A stretch of 64,000 bases of DNA from IMG/VR virus record IMGVR_UViG_3300017821_000056, positions 1-64,000 of that record. The stretch is one strand, 5' to 3'. A model generated the notes under the pieces. That model was not told the origin of the DNA. It ran no database searches and worked only from the letters and a program-made list of their open reading frames with translations. Position numbers and translations under genes: made by a program. Shown here in pieces: positions 35,151-43,296 of the stretch; positions within the stretch are counted from its first letter, which is position 1; each line of letters opens with the position of its first letter. The DNA comes from a virus (taxonomy: Duplodnaviria > Caudoviricetes).

Positions 35151-35960
35151 GTGAAGGACCTGATCGCGTTCCTGGGTGCCCGGCTGGATGAGACTGCGGC
35201 GCGGGCGTGGGCTGTCCATGACGTGGAGCGGTGCGATGCCCTCTTGTACGAGGAGGATATGGGGGCTGCTGCCGCGCGCACCCCGGAGTGCGATTGCGGC
35301 TGCTCGGCCCGCGTGCTCCGTGGGGTGGGGGCTATGCGGGAGCTGATCACTTACGCTCTGGAGAACGCCGCGATGATCGACGGCGAGTGGGGCGACTGCC
35401 ATGAGGCTGCGGAGATCGCTAGCGGGCTGTGCGCGGATCATGGCGTGAAGGCTGCGGGCAGGGGCCTGGGGCTGCTCGCCGCGATCTGGCGGGATCATCC
35501 GGATTTCCGCCAGGAGTGGGCTCCCTCGGGCGGGGCTGTGTTACGGTCCCGCTTGCCACCCCGCTACCTGTCCGCTACACTGTCCGCTATGAACTCTGTG
35601 AAGCTGCCCCCCACCTCCGTAAATCTGGCCCCGGAGGAGAAAGCCAGGGTGAAGGCCCTGGGCGTGCCGCTGCGTACCGTGATCCTGACGGGGCTGGATG
35701 TCCTGGAAAGGGAACGGGCCGGTTCCGGTGAGGCTGCCGCGTCCGTTTACGCGGATCAGGCGGCGATGGTGCGGGCGATGGTCGCGGCGGAAGTGGACCG
35801 CAGGCTCCGGGAATGTGAGAGCGGCGCCGGGGGGGAGAAGGGGCTGCGGACTGCGCGGAAGCGGGCCGCCGCCCCGGTGAGGCACGCGGTGCCCGCGGCG
35901 GCATCCTCCGGTGATCCTGTTCCCGTCAGGTTCCAGCCGGGTACGGAGCCGGCGAGATGA
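35151..35960 (+). CDS. DUF6221-like protein reading through into an RHH-like gene
   Basis: LIAFLGARLDE...HPDFRQEWAP with no stop before ATG 35589. Confidence 0.6.
   Translation: MKDLIAFLGARLDETAARAWAVHDVERCDALLYEEDMGAAAARTPECDCGCSARVLRGVGAMRELITYALENAAMIDGEWGDCHEAAEIASGLCADHGVKAAGRGLGLLAAIWRDHPDFRQEWAPSGGAVLRSRLPPRYLSATLSAMNSVKLPPTSVNLAPEEKARVKALGVPLRTVILTGLDVLERERAGSGEAAASVYADQAAMVRAMVAAEVDRRLRECESGAGGEKGLRTARKRAAAPVRHAVPAAASSGDPVPVRFQPGTEPAR
35553..35589 (+). promoter_or_regulatory. promoter P4 (leaderless) with three (T/C)CCGCTA repeats
   Basis: TTGCCA-17-TACACT-7-ATG. Confidence 0.7.
35589..35960 (+). CDS. RHH-like DNA-binding protein
   Basis: PTSVNLAPEEKARVKALGVPLRTVILTGLDVLE; own promoter. 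Confidence 0.55.
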   Translation: MNSVKLPPTSVNLAPEEKARVKALGVPLRTVILTGLDVLERERAGSGEAAASVYADQAAMVRAMVAAEVDRRLRECESGAGGEKGLRTARKRAAAPVRHAVPAAASSGDPVPVRFQPGTEPAR

Positions 35961-36163
35961 GAGCGCCGGGCATGTACGCCTCCGAGGTGTGGCGCGACTA
36001 CCGCCGTGGCGCGAACGCCGTCGAGGCGGCGCTGATCGATCTCCAGGGGCAGCATGGCCTCACCGACCTGGAGATGGTCACGGCCCTGGAGGACTACCAG
36101 CGGACGCTTCTCGGGCACATGCTGAAGAAGCAGCACGCGCGCAAGCAGGGCCGGGCGTCATGA
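35957..36163 (+). CDS. hypothetical protein
   Basis: ATGA coupling. Confidence 0.55.
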   Translation: MRAPGMYASEVWRDYRRGANAVEAALIDLQGQHGLTDLEMVTALEDYQRTLLGHMLKKQHARKQGRAS

Positions 36164-36429
36164 ACGACTACCTCGCGGTCGCGCAGTACTTCAACGACCG
36201 CCGCACTGCCCATGAGTTCGCCGTTGCCGCTAACTGGCGCTGTGCCATCTGCGGACGGAAGATCAGAACCGGGCAGCCCTGGACGAGCCTCCTCCCGTCG
36301 TGGGCTCCTGCTCACGGTTCCTGCGTCCCGTCCTCGTCGATGCACGACCTCCGGGAAACCTGGGGCGAGCCTGCATACGACCGGTGGCTGTGGTCCCCGT
36401 TCCTGCCCGACCTGCGGGCGGCGTCATGA
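36160..36429 (+). CDS. zinc-binding hypothetical protein
   Basis: CAIC...HGSC; ATGA coupling. Confidence 0.55.
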   Translation: MNDYLAVAQYFNDRRTAHEFAVAANWRCAICGRKIRTGQPWTSLLPSWAPAHGSCVPSSSMHDLRETWGEPAYDRWLWSPFLPDLRAAS

Positions 36430-36556
36430 GCGGCGAGGACCCCAGCTTCCCGGTGCCGGAGGACGAGCAGCCTGCGCTGTTCCCGGAGGGGTTCTCCCCT
36501 GCGGAGGAACTCGCCGTGCTCCGGGCTGAGATACGGCTGGGCAGGCAGGGAACGCC

Positions 36557-37153
36557 GTGAGGTGCCCCTGCTGCGGTTCTCCCGGCCCCTGCTACTGCTA
36601 CCGGAACCGTCCCGCACGGAACCGTGACACGGGGTACCGGCCGGCGCGGCGCGCGCAGCCGGGGACGCCGGCGGGCAATGGCGGCCCGGTTTTCCTCATC
36701 TGCCTCATGATCCTGGTCGCCGGGTTCTGGCCCGCGATGGTGTGGCACGGGTACGGCGGTCCCGAGGGGACGTCGTGGCGGTGGGACATCCACTCCACGA
36801 TCGCCTGCCTGATCTGGTGGGGGCTCACCATCGTGCCGCTCACGGTGGCGGCCGTCATCAGCGCGGGCAGGAAGCGGAAGCTGGGCAGGGCCGCCCCGGA
36901 AGCCGCGCGGGCAGTTACCGGGGCGCGGGCACTCACAGCCGAGGCGGCGAAAGTCCCGGAACCTCCCGTGTGCCGGCATCTGAACGCCGTCCGGGTGGAC
37001 TCGGTGCTCGACCCGAAACTTGTCTGGCAATGCTGGTGCCCCGACTGCGACCCTGACTGCGAGACCCCGCTGCCGGCGGATTTCAGGCGGCCCTGCTGCG
37101 GCACCGAACCCGAAGCGCCCCACCTGTACAACTGCCCGGAAACGCGGCAGTGA
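36557..37153 (+). CDS. two-TM Cys-rich membrane protein
   Basis: Two hydrophobic helices; CPDC; GTGA coupling. Confidence 0.6.
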   Translation: MRCPCCGSPGPCYCYRNRPARNRDTGYRPARRAQPGTPAGNGGPVFLICLMILVAGFWPAMVWHGYGGPEGTSWRWDIHSTIACLIWWGLTIVPLTVAAVISAGRKRKLGRAAPEAARAVTGARALTAEAAKVPEPPVCRHLNAVRVDSVLDPKLVWQCWCPDCDPDCETPLPADFRRPCCGTEPEAPHLYNCPETRQ

Positions 37154-37713
37154 ACCGGAGTCTCCTCCTCGCTGCCGCCCTTGCCTGCATGATGCTGGCG
37201 GCCTGCTCCCCGGCTGCCGCCGCCCCTCAGGATGCTGTTGCCGTCACGCACGGGCTGAAGCAGGTCCACGACCCCGGGCGGGTCACGGGAACCATCACCG
37301 GCCGCTGCGCCTACCGGGACCGCGGCCTCCTCCCCGACCCGCGCTGCACCCCCGGCAGCATTGATCCGGCCGTCACCCAGGCGGACATCGGCTCCACCAT
37401 CTGCAGGGAAGGCTGGACCCGGACAGCGCGGCCCCCGGAATCACAGACGGAAACGTTCAAGTTTCAGGTGGCCTACCCCGCCTACGGAGCATCGGGGCGG
37501 ACCGAGCTCGACCACCTGGTCCCCCTGGAACTGGGCGGCAGCAACGACGCCAGCAACCTGTGGCCTGAGTACCCGCCGACGCCCAACCCGAAGGATGACG
37601 TGGAGTACGCGCTGAACCGGGCGGTCTGCGACGGCAAGGTCACGCTCACAGCAGCGCAGAACGCAATCGCCTCGGACTGGCCCACGGCCGAGAAGAAACT
37701 GGGGGTCGGGTGA
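37150..37713 (+). CDS. lipoprotein with HNH-type nuclease domain
   Basis: Lipobox LAAC; ELDHLVPLELGGSNDASNLWPE...NPKD. Confidence 0.8.
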   Translation: MNRSLLLAAALACMMLAACSPAAAAPQDAVAVTHGLKQVHDPGRVTGTITGRCAYRDRGLLPDPRCTPGSIDPAVTQADIGSTICREGWTRTARPPESQTETFKFQVAYPAYGASGRTELDHLVPLELGGSNDASNLWPEYPPTPNPKDDVEYALNRAVCDGKVTLTAAQNAIASDWPTAEKKLGVG

Positions 37714-38029
37714 GCGGCAGCCTTGACTCCGACCTAGCCCGCCTTCAGCTCATCGCTGAGGCCAAGGGCCGGCGGGGCATCCTGGGCTGTCATCGGACGT
37801 ACCCTCGGCCAGCCCCCGAAGGTAGCCAAGCGGGACGCCAAGAGGCTGGCGCGCAAGACGAGCCGGGCAGCGTGGCAGCAGGAGAACGCCACGCGCGAGG
37901 CTGTGTCACAGGCTGGAGGCCGCGATTACCGCTGACGGCTGGTGCCCCGCCCACCACTGCTTCCGCACCGAATGCTCCGGGCGGACCCACGTCCGCACCG
38001 TCCGCTGCCTGGACGCCCTATGGGACAAG

Positions 38030-38353
38030 GTGGCCGCTAAAGCAGCGGCGAAGGGGATGGATACTAACGCCGGGGTCATGGCGGCACTGGAAGCGTGGGC
38101 TGGCGGGGAGACGAGACGCTGGCGGGACACGAAGCACGCCGCCGCAGTGCAGTGGGCCGCCGTCCTCGATGATGACGGCTTCTCCGAGTTCGTCACCGAG
38201 ATCACCGAAGCGGCGGCCGGGGGCGACCCCGCCGCGATCCGGGCATGCCTGCGGGAATGGCGGGTCACCGCCGGGGCCCTGTCCGGCCCGGGCCGGGCCG
38301 TGCTGACCGGGACGCCTGCGGACGGGGACTTCACCGAAGCGGCGGGGCCGTGA
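38030..38353 (+). CDS. RHH-like hypothetical protein (start uncertain)
   Basis: Upstream in-frame RTVRCLDALWDKVAAKA; no clear start codon. Confidence 0.4.
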   Translation: MAAKAAAKGMDTNAGVMAALEAWAGGETRRWRDTKHAAAVQWAAVLDDDGFSEFVTEITEAAAGGDPAAIRACLREWRVTAGALSGPGRAVLTGTPADGDFTEAAGP

Positions 38354-38559
38354 AGAAGCTGCGGGACTGGCGGGCGATCCGGCAGGCAGCGGCAGGTGAG
38401 CGGCTGGCGGCTTTCCGCGGCGGACCCAGGGAACGCTTCCATGCCTCGCTGGCGATGGCGGTGCGCAGCTCAGTGATCACCGGCAGCCCAGTCCCTGTCG
38501 ATAAGTGCCTGCGACGATGGTCCGCCGTGGTCGCGGAGATCCTGTCGGAACCGCGCTAG
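38350..38559 (+). CDS. hypothetical protein
   Basis: GTGA coupling. Confidence 0.45.
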   Translation: MKKLRDWRAIRQAAAGERLAAFRGGPRERFHASLAMAVRSSVITGSPVPVDKCLRRWSAVVAEILSEPR

Positions 38560-38602
38560 GACCATTGCAGCACCCGCGACCACCGCAGCACGACTTCCTT
38601 GC

Positions 38603-38809
38603 TCACCGGGCAATCTCCCGCCGCGCCTCTTCCGGCAGCCAGCCCTCCAGCCGGGGCAGGTCGCACGTGAAGATCCGCTCGTGGACGATGCTGTCGGTCT
38701 CGAGCCCTTCGTCGATCACCTGCCGCATCCGGGCGACGGCGCTGGCGAGGTCAATGAGCCTGACGGGGATCATGTCGTCGCCATGCTCAGCGAAGTAGTC
38801 AGGCTCCAT
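38603..38809 (-). CDS. hypothetical protein
   Basis: TGATG coupling. Confidence 0.5.
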   Translation of the reverse strand: MEPDYFAEHGDDMIPVRLIDLASAVARMRQVIDEGLETDSIVHERIFTCDLPRLEGWLPEEARREIAR

Positions 38810-38988
38810 CAGGTGTGCTCCCACTCCACTTCGCACGGGCACAGCGCGCACCCCTCGTGATCCCGCCAGTCACCCCAGCACGCCTTGTGCTCGGTAGCGT
38901 CGTGGCCGCAACCGCAGCCGGGAAACATCTGCACTGACGAGTAGTCCTCCCAGGCGTGCGGGCCGTCGTCTTCCTCGCTGCTGCTCAT
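38809..38988 (-). CDS. small Cys/His protein
   Basis: CGCGH...H...CALCPC. Confidence 0.55.
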   Translation of the reverse strand: MSSSEEDDGPHAWEDYSSVQMFPGCGCGHDATEHKACWGDWRDHEGCALCPCEVEWEHT

Positions 38989-39023
38989 AGCCCCCCATCC
39001 TGCCCGATCCGGGGAGGCGTCAC

Positions 39024-40823
39024 GTGGCCGGCGAGATCCAGTTCCCCGACGGCTACGAGAACTGGCCCCCCGAGATCCGCAAGCGGTGGCTCGAGGACTA
39101 CCACGCCCTGTACTTCCCCAAGCTCCGCTGGTGGGACAAGCCCGAAAGCGACGACGAGGACACCAGCGGCCCCCGCCCGAAACAGCTCCCCCCCGATCAC
39201 CCCCGCCACGGAGACCCGGACATGCGGGGCTACCGGTGCGGGTGCGTCCACAAGCTCCCGAACTGCCCTGACTGTCCCCCATGCCCCGGTAACCCGGACT
39301 GGTCAATCTGGCTCCAGCTCACGGCCCGGGGGACAGGGAAAACCAAGGCCGGAAGCAACTGGGTGCTCGAGATGGCCCTGTCCAAGCCCGGACTGTACGT
39401 CGGGCTGTGCGCCCCCACCCACGACGACATCCGCTCCATATGCATCGAGGGGGATAGCGGAATCCTCGCCGAGGCGCGCAGGAACGGCATCGATATCCCC
39501 GAGAAGTCGTACAACAAGAACCGGCAGGAGATCGAGCTTTCCAACGGGTCGAAGATCCGCGGGTTCTCCGCCGAGAAACCCGAATCGATCCGCGGCGAGA
39601 ACCTGAGTTACGTCTGGTTCGACGAGCTGGCGATGATCCGGTACTTCAGCTTCTACCATGAGGGCTTGCAGCCGGCGATGCGCAAGGGCGACAACCCCCG
39701 GCTGATGATCACTACCACCCCGAAACGGGTCCGGCTGATCCGCGACCTGATCGACGAGGCGAAGTTCGAGTTCGCCGGGGAAGACGGCGGCCCTGGGACC
39801 GGGGTCCACCTGACCGAGGCGATCACGGCGGAGAACATCCACTTCTCCCGTAAGCAGCGGGAACGGCTGGAACGCAAGTACGCCGGGAACCCGGTCATGC
39901 TCGCCCAGGAACTCCGCGGCGAGATGCTCGCCGAAGTCGACGGGACCCTGTTCCCGATCGGCCAGTTCAACGAGACCCGCGTGTTCCCCGGTGATGCGCT
40001 GCCGAAGTGGCGGCAGGTTGTGGTGGCGATCGACCCGGCCACCACCAGCCGGGATTCCAGCGACGAGACCGGGATCGTGGTCGCGACCGAGGGGGAGGAC
40101 GGGGAGTTCTACTGCCTGGAGGACTGCTCCGGGAAGTTCCCCCCCGACCAGCAGATGCGCGTCGTCGCCGAGGCGTTCCACCGCCACGACGCCGACTGCG
40201 TGGTCGGCGAAGTGAACATGACCGGCGACTACATGCGGTCCCTGCTGAACACCGTGGACCCGAACATCCCGCTCCGGTCCGTCCACGGGATGCGCGGCAA
40301 GGTGTCCCGCGCGCAAGGCCCGTCGTCGCTTTTCATGCAGGGCCGGATCCACATGGTCGGGGATCACTTCGCCAAGCTTGAGGACCAGCTCTCCGCGATG
40401 GCCGAGGGTGATGACCGGTCGAGGATGAAGGACGACCGGGCCGACGCTTTCGTCTGGGCGATGATCCACCTGTCCGGCGCAGGGCAGGGTGACTGGGGCA
40501 TGGTCTACGGGTTTGATGACTGCGGGTCCTGCGGTGCCAGGGTGAACGTCGACAAGGACGAGCGGTGCCGCAACTGCGGTGCCCCGGTAGCCAAGTTCGC
40601 CCCCAAGCACCCCGGCGGCTCAAAGGCCCGGGAACCCTGGTCGGCTGCCTACCTGAACACGTGCCCGAAGTGCGAGAAAACCTACCCGAGGCATGAGCGG
40701 ACCTGCCCCCATTGCAGCCTGAGCCCTGAGAGTTACATGCGCAGGGCGCTGGCGATCAGCGGGGGGAACGCCGGAGGGCTGGGGTACTCAGGGAAAGACA
40801 TCCTGCGGGGGCGGCGGTTCTGA
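39024..40823 (+). CDS. terminase large subunit with C-terminal zinc ribbons
   Basis: TARGTGKT, IRGENLSYVWFDE, ITTTP, VAIDPA...DETG, DDRADA; four CxxC at C-terminus. Confidence 0.93.
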   Translation: MAGEIQFPDGYENWPPEIRKRWLEDYHALYFPKLRWWDKPESDDEDTSGPRPKQLPPDHPRHGDPDMRGYRCGCVHKLPNCPDCPPCPGNPDWSIWLQLTARGTGKTKAGSNWVLEMALSKPGLYVGLCAPTHDDIRSICIEGDSGILAEARRNGIDIPEKSYNKNRQEIELSNGSKIRGFSAEKPESIRGENLSYVWFDELAMIRYFSFYHEGLQPAMRKGDNPRLMITTTPKRVRLIRDLIDEAKFEFAGEDGGPGTGVHLTEAITAENIHFSRKQRERLERKYAGNPVMLAQELRGEMLAEVDGTLFPIGQFNETRVFPGDALPKWRQVVVAIDPATTSRDSSDETGIVVATEGEDGEFYCLEDCSGKFPPDQQMRVVAEAFHRHDADCVVGEVNMTGDYMRSLLNTVDPNIPLRSVHGMRGKVSRAQGPSSLFMQGRIHMVGDHFAKLEDQLSAMAEGDDRSRMKDDRADAFVWAMIHLSGAGQGDWGMVYGFDDCGSCGARVNVDKDERCRNCGAPVAKFAPKHPGGSKAREPWSAAYLNTCPKCEKTYPRHERTCPHCSLSPESYMRRALAISGGNAGGLGYSGKDILRGRRF

Positions 40824-41025
40824 GGGGGGCGACGATTACGAGCGATCTCCTGGCCTGCGCCTCGCCGACGCTATCCACGGGGCTCTGCGGGGCACTGCGG
40901 GAAGACGATCCCGACAGCGGCTGCCACAGATGCGCGCTGGACGATGAGCACATGCTGGAAAGCGGCCCTCGCCGCCTCTGCAAATGCCGCTGCGGGGACG
41001 AATGTGACTGGGGAGCGCCAAGGCG

Positions 41026-41253
41026 ATGACTGATTTCCTGACCTGCTATCAGTGCGACGCGTCCTGGGGTCCCCGCTCAGAACGGGCCCGGGAAGACGCC
41101 GCCGACTGCCCTGACTGCGGCACCAGGCTGCACGCGGGACTTTTGTCAGTGCCGTTGCGACACCTGCGGGTGAGAATGCTGGGGCGAGACGAGCGCCGCC
41201 GGTCGCTGGCGCTGCTCGGCGATCTAGCGGAGAGCATCCGCGCCGCAGGCTAG
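41026..41253 (+). CDS. zinc-ribbon protein
   Basis: CYQC...CPDC. Confidence 0.5.
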   Translation: MTDFLTCYQCDASWGPRSERAREDAADCPDCGTRLHAGLLSVPLRHLRVRMLGRDERRRSLALLGDLAESIRAAG

Positions 41254-41564
41254 GCAGCCCGGCGTTCCTGCTCTGCGCGTCTTAGCTCCGCTTTCGTGCG
41301 GGGCCGCCAGCCAGGGCCGGTGCAGCCGCAGGAATCGTAGTCGTTTCCCGAGTTGAGCACTGCCGCGACGGCGTTCCACTCTGAGCGGTTCCCTTTGCGC
41401 GGGGCCTGGAAGTCGCGGCCCGCGTGCAGCATGGGCTCGCGGCACAGCGGACAGACAGGCCACCTTGCCTGCGGCAGGACGGACGGGTGCGGATACTGGG
41501 CCACATGACGGCAGGGGATGCACGCCCATGAGGTCTTGTAGTTGCTGAATGCGTAGCGGCACAT
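41250..41564 (-). CDS. zinc-ribbon protein
   Basis: YKTSWACIPCR...CPLCREPM..AGRDFQAPRK. Confidence 0.65.
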   Translation of the reverse strand: MCRYAFSNYKTSWACIPCRHVAQYPHPSVLPQARWPVCPLCREPMLHAGRDFQAPRKGNRSEWNAVAAVLNSGNDYDSCGCTGPGWRPRTKAELRRAEQERRAA

Positions 41565-41565
41565 C

Positions 41566-41913
41566 TCAGGCCGCCGCCTTCTGGAGCCGCGAGCGGACGA
41601 TCATCTTGAGCGTCTCGGCTGACGCTGTGCGTCCCTGCTCGGTGCACATGACGATGAGGTCGAGCGCCAGCCGGTCGGACAGGTGGAACCACTCGGTCTT
41701 GCCGATGCGCTCGGCGGCATACTTGCCGTGGTAGTAGTCCTCGACGCTCCTGCCGCCGCGAACGTTGCATAGTTCGGCAAAGTGCATCTCGCCGCCGCGC
41801 CGACCGCTGGGGCGGCTCGTGGTCCCGATCTTGATCTGGAAGTTCTCGCCGAGTCCGAAATAGACGCGCCGGGCATCGAGGATGACGAGTTCGGGGAAAA
41901 GGGTTTCGGTCAT
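41566..41913 (-). CDS. GIY-YIG (T5orf172/MUG113-like) protein
   Basis: VYF...IKIGTTSRP...E..YH...TEWF. Confidence 0.7.
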   Translation of the reverse strand: MTETLFPELVILDARRVYFGLGENFQIKIGTTSRPSGRRGGEMHFAELCNVRGGRSVEDYYHGKYAAERIGKTEWFHLSDRLALDLIVMCTEQGRTASAETLKMIVRSRLQKAAA

Positions 41914-42014
41914 AGGTCGCGCCTCTCTGCTGGTACAGCCTCCCTCGCGGAGTGCCGTCCTAGCGGCAGTATGGAGTCAGGCAAATGCGCAGGTCAAATG
42001 AGCGCTGTGAGCGA

Positions 42015-42134
42015 TAACCGCGACTAACCGCGACTAACCTAGGCCCAGTTGCGTCCAGTTGCGTCCAGTTGCGTCCAGTGCCCATTTCAGTCTCCCGGAG
42101 TCTCCCGGAACTCGTTATTGAACTGTTATTGAGC
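42015..42134. repeat. cluster of four different 10-11-bp tandem repeats
   Basis: TAACCGCGAC x2.5; CCAGTTGCGT x3.5; AGTCTCCCGG x2; GTTATTGA(A/G)C x2. Confidence 0.85.
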
Positions 42135-42198
42135 GGCTCGCCGCTAAACGGGCGCAAGCCTCCATTCTCTCGCTGCGCTCTTGAACTTGGAGGCCCCG

Positions 42199-42706
42199 GT
42201 GTCCCATCACGAGTGCGATGTCGGCGGCGTCCCCCGTCCGCACCGTCCCCGGATCCGCCGCTGCTCGTGCGGGGAATGGTTCATCTACGGCCACGGCTGG
42301 ACGGGCATCGGACTGGCCCGGTGGCGTCCCATGGGCACGTGGTCCATGTGGCTGCACCGCAGGGAGATCGCCAGGATGCCGGGCGGCCTCATCAACTTGG
42401 CGCGGGAAGAGCACCCTGGACGTGGTGCTCCGCAACGACGCCCGGATCAAGGGCTTCTCCGCGGAGTCGCCTGATCGTATCCGCGGCCACCGGCTCGCCG
42501 GGGCATGGTTCGATGACGCCGAACTGCTGCGGGACTACTCGTTCTACAGCTGCGGGCTCCTGCCCGCCCTGAGGGCGGGATCATGCCGCCTGCTGGTCAC
42601 GGCCACCGTCCCTGAACGTCCCCGCCTGATCGCCGAGATCGAGGCACGGGCCATGGCCGGGGAGAGCGGCGTCGGCTTCATGGGGGCGTGGCGCTCTCGT
42701 TGCTAG
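42199..42706 (+). pseudogene. frameshifted gene ending in a terminase-ATPase fragment
   Basis: RBS GGAGG + GTG 42199; frame change near 42397; IKGFSAESPDRIRG...AWFDD. Confidence 0.6.
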
Positions 42707-42775
42707 CCGTCTTCCTCCTGGGCGTCATCACCGGCCTGGTCGCGCACGCCGCGCTGACGAAGAAATGAGGGCCGC

Positions 42776-43075
42776 TTGCCCCTGACCCGCGCTGAGAAAG
42801 CCGACGCGCAGGCCGTCTTCCGCGGCGAGGTCCCCGGCAAGGAACCCTGCCAGTGGTGCGGCGGCATCCACGTCCGCGCGATCGTCCTCCCCAAGCTCCC
42901 CGAAGCCCTGCGGCCCGGCGAGGTCCACGAGGCCCGCTGCCCCCGGATCAGGCGCCTGGAGTTCCACCCCAACGGGAACCTCGTCGCGGTGGAGTTCTGG
43001 AAGGAATGGGACGAGAGCGCCGTGATCTGGCCTGAAGACGCGTTCGACCCGGAGGAGGCGGCGGGCAGTGGATGA
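42776..43075 (+). CDS. hypothetical protein
   Basis: CQWCGGIH...CPR. Confidence 0.6.
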   Translation: MPLTRAEKADAQAVFRGEVPGKEPCQWCGGIHVRAIVLPKLPEALRPGEVHEARCPRIRRLEFHPNGNLVAVEFWKEWDESAVIWPEDAFDPEEAAGSG

Positions 43076-43283
43076 CGCCCCTCCCGACGCCCCGGACCAG
43101 CCTCACGCCCCCTTCGCCCCCGAGGACGGCTACTACGCCGCCATCGTGTCCGAGTACGCGGGCCTCCAGCGCGGCGGCGCCGACCCCGTGAGCGCCGCCC
43201 TGATCACCGCCGCTCACCTGCTGCTCCTCGGAATGGCCAACGGGGCGGCAGCCGACCGGGCCGGCACGGAAGAGATCACCTGA
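43068..43283 (+). CDS. hypothetical protein
   Basis: RBS GGAGGAGG; coupled. Confidence 0.55.
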   Translation: MDDAPPDAPDQPHAPFAPEDGYYAAIVSEYAGLQRGGADPVSAALITAAHLLLLGMANGAAADRAGTEEIT

Positions 43284-43296
43284 GGGGAGTGGTCTC

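Noticed and set aside
37710-38030. Single clean CDS
   Set aside because: Protein-like segments fall in different frames with no consistent start; possible indel or decay
42015-42134. CRISPR array
   Set aside because: Units are 10-11 bp, adjacent, without spacers; no cas genes
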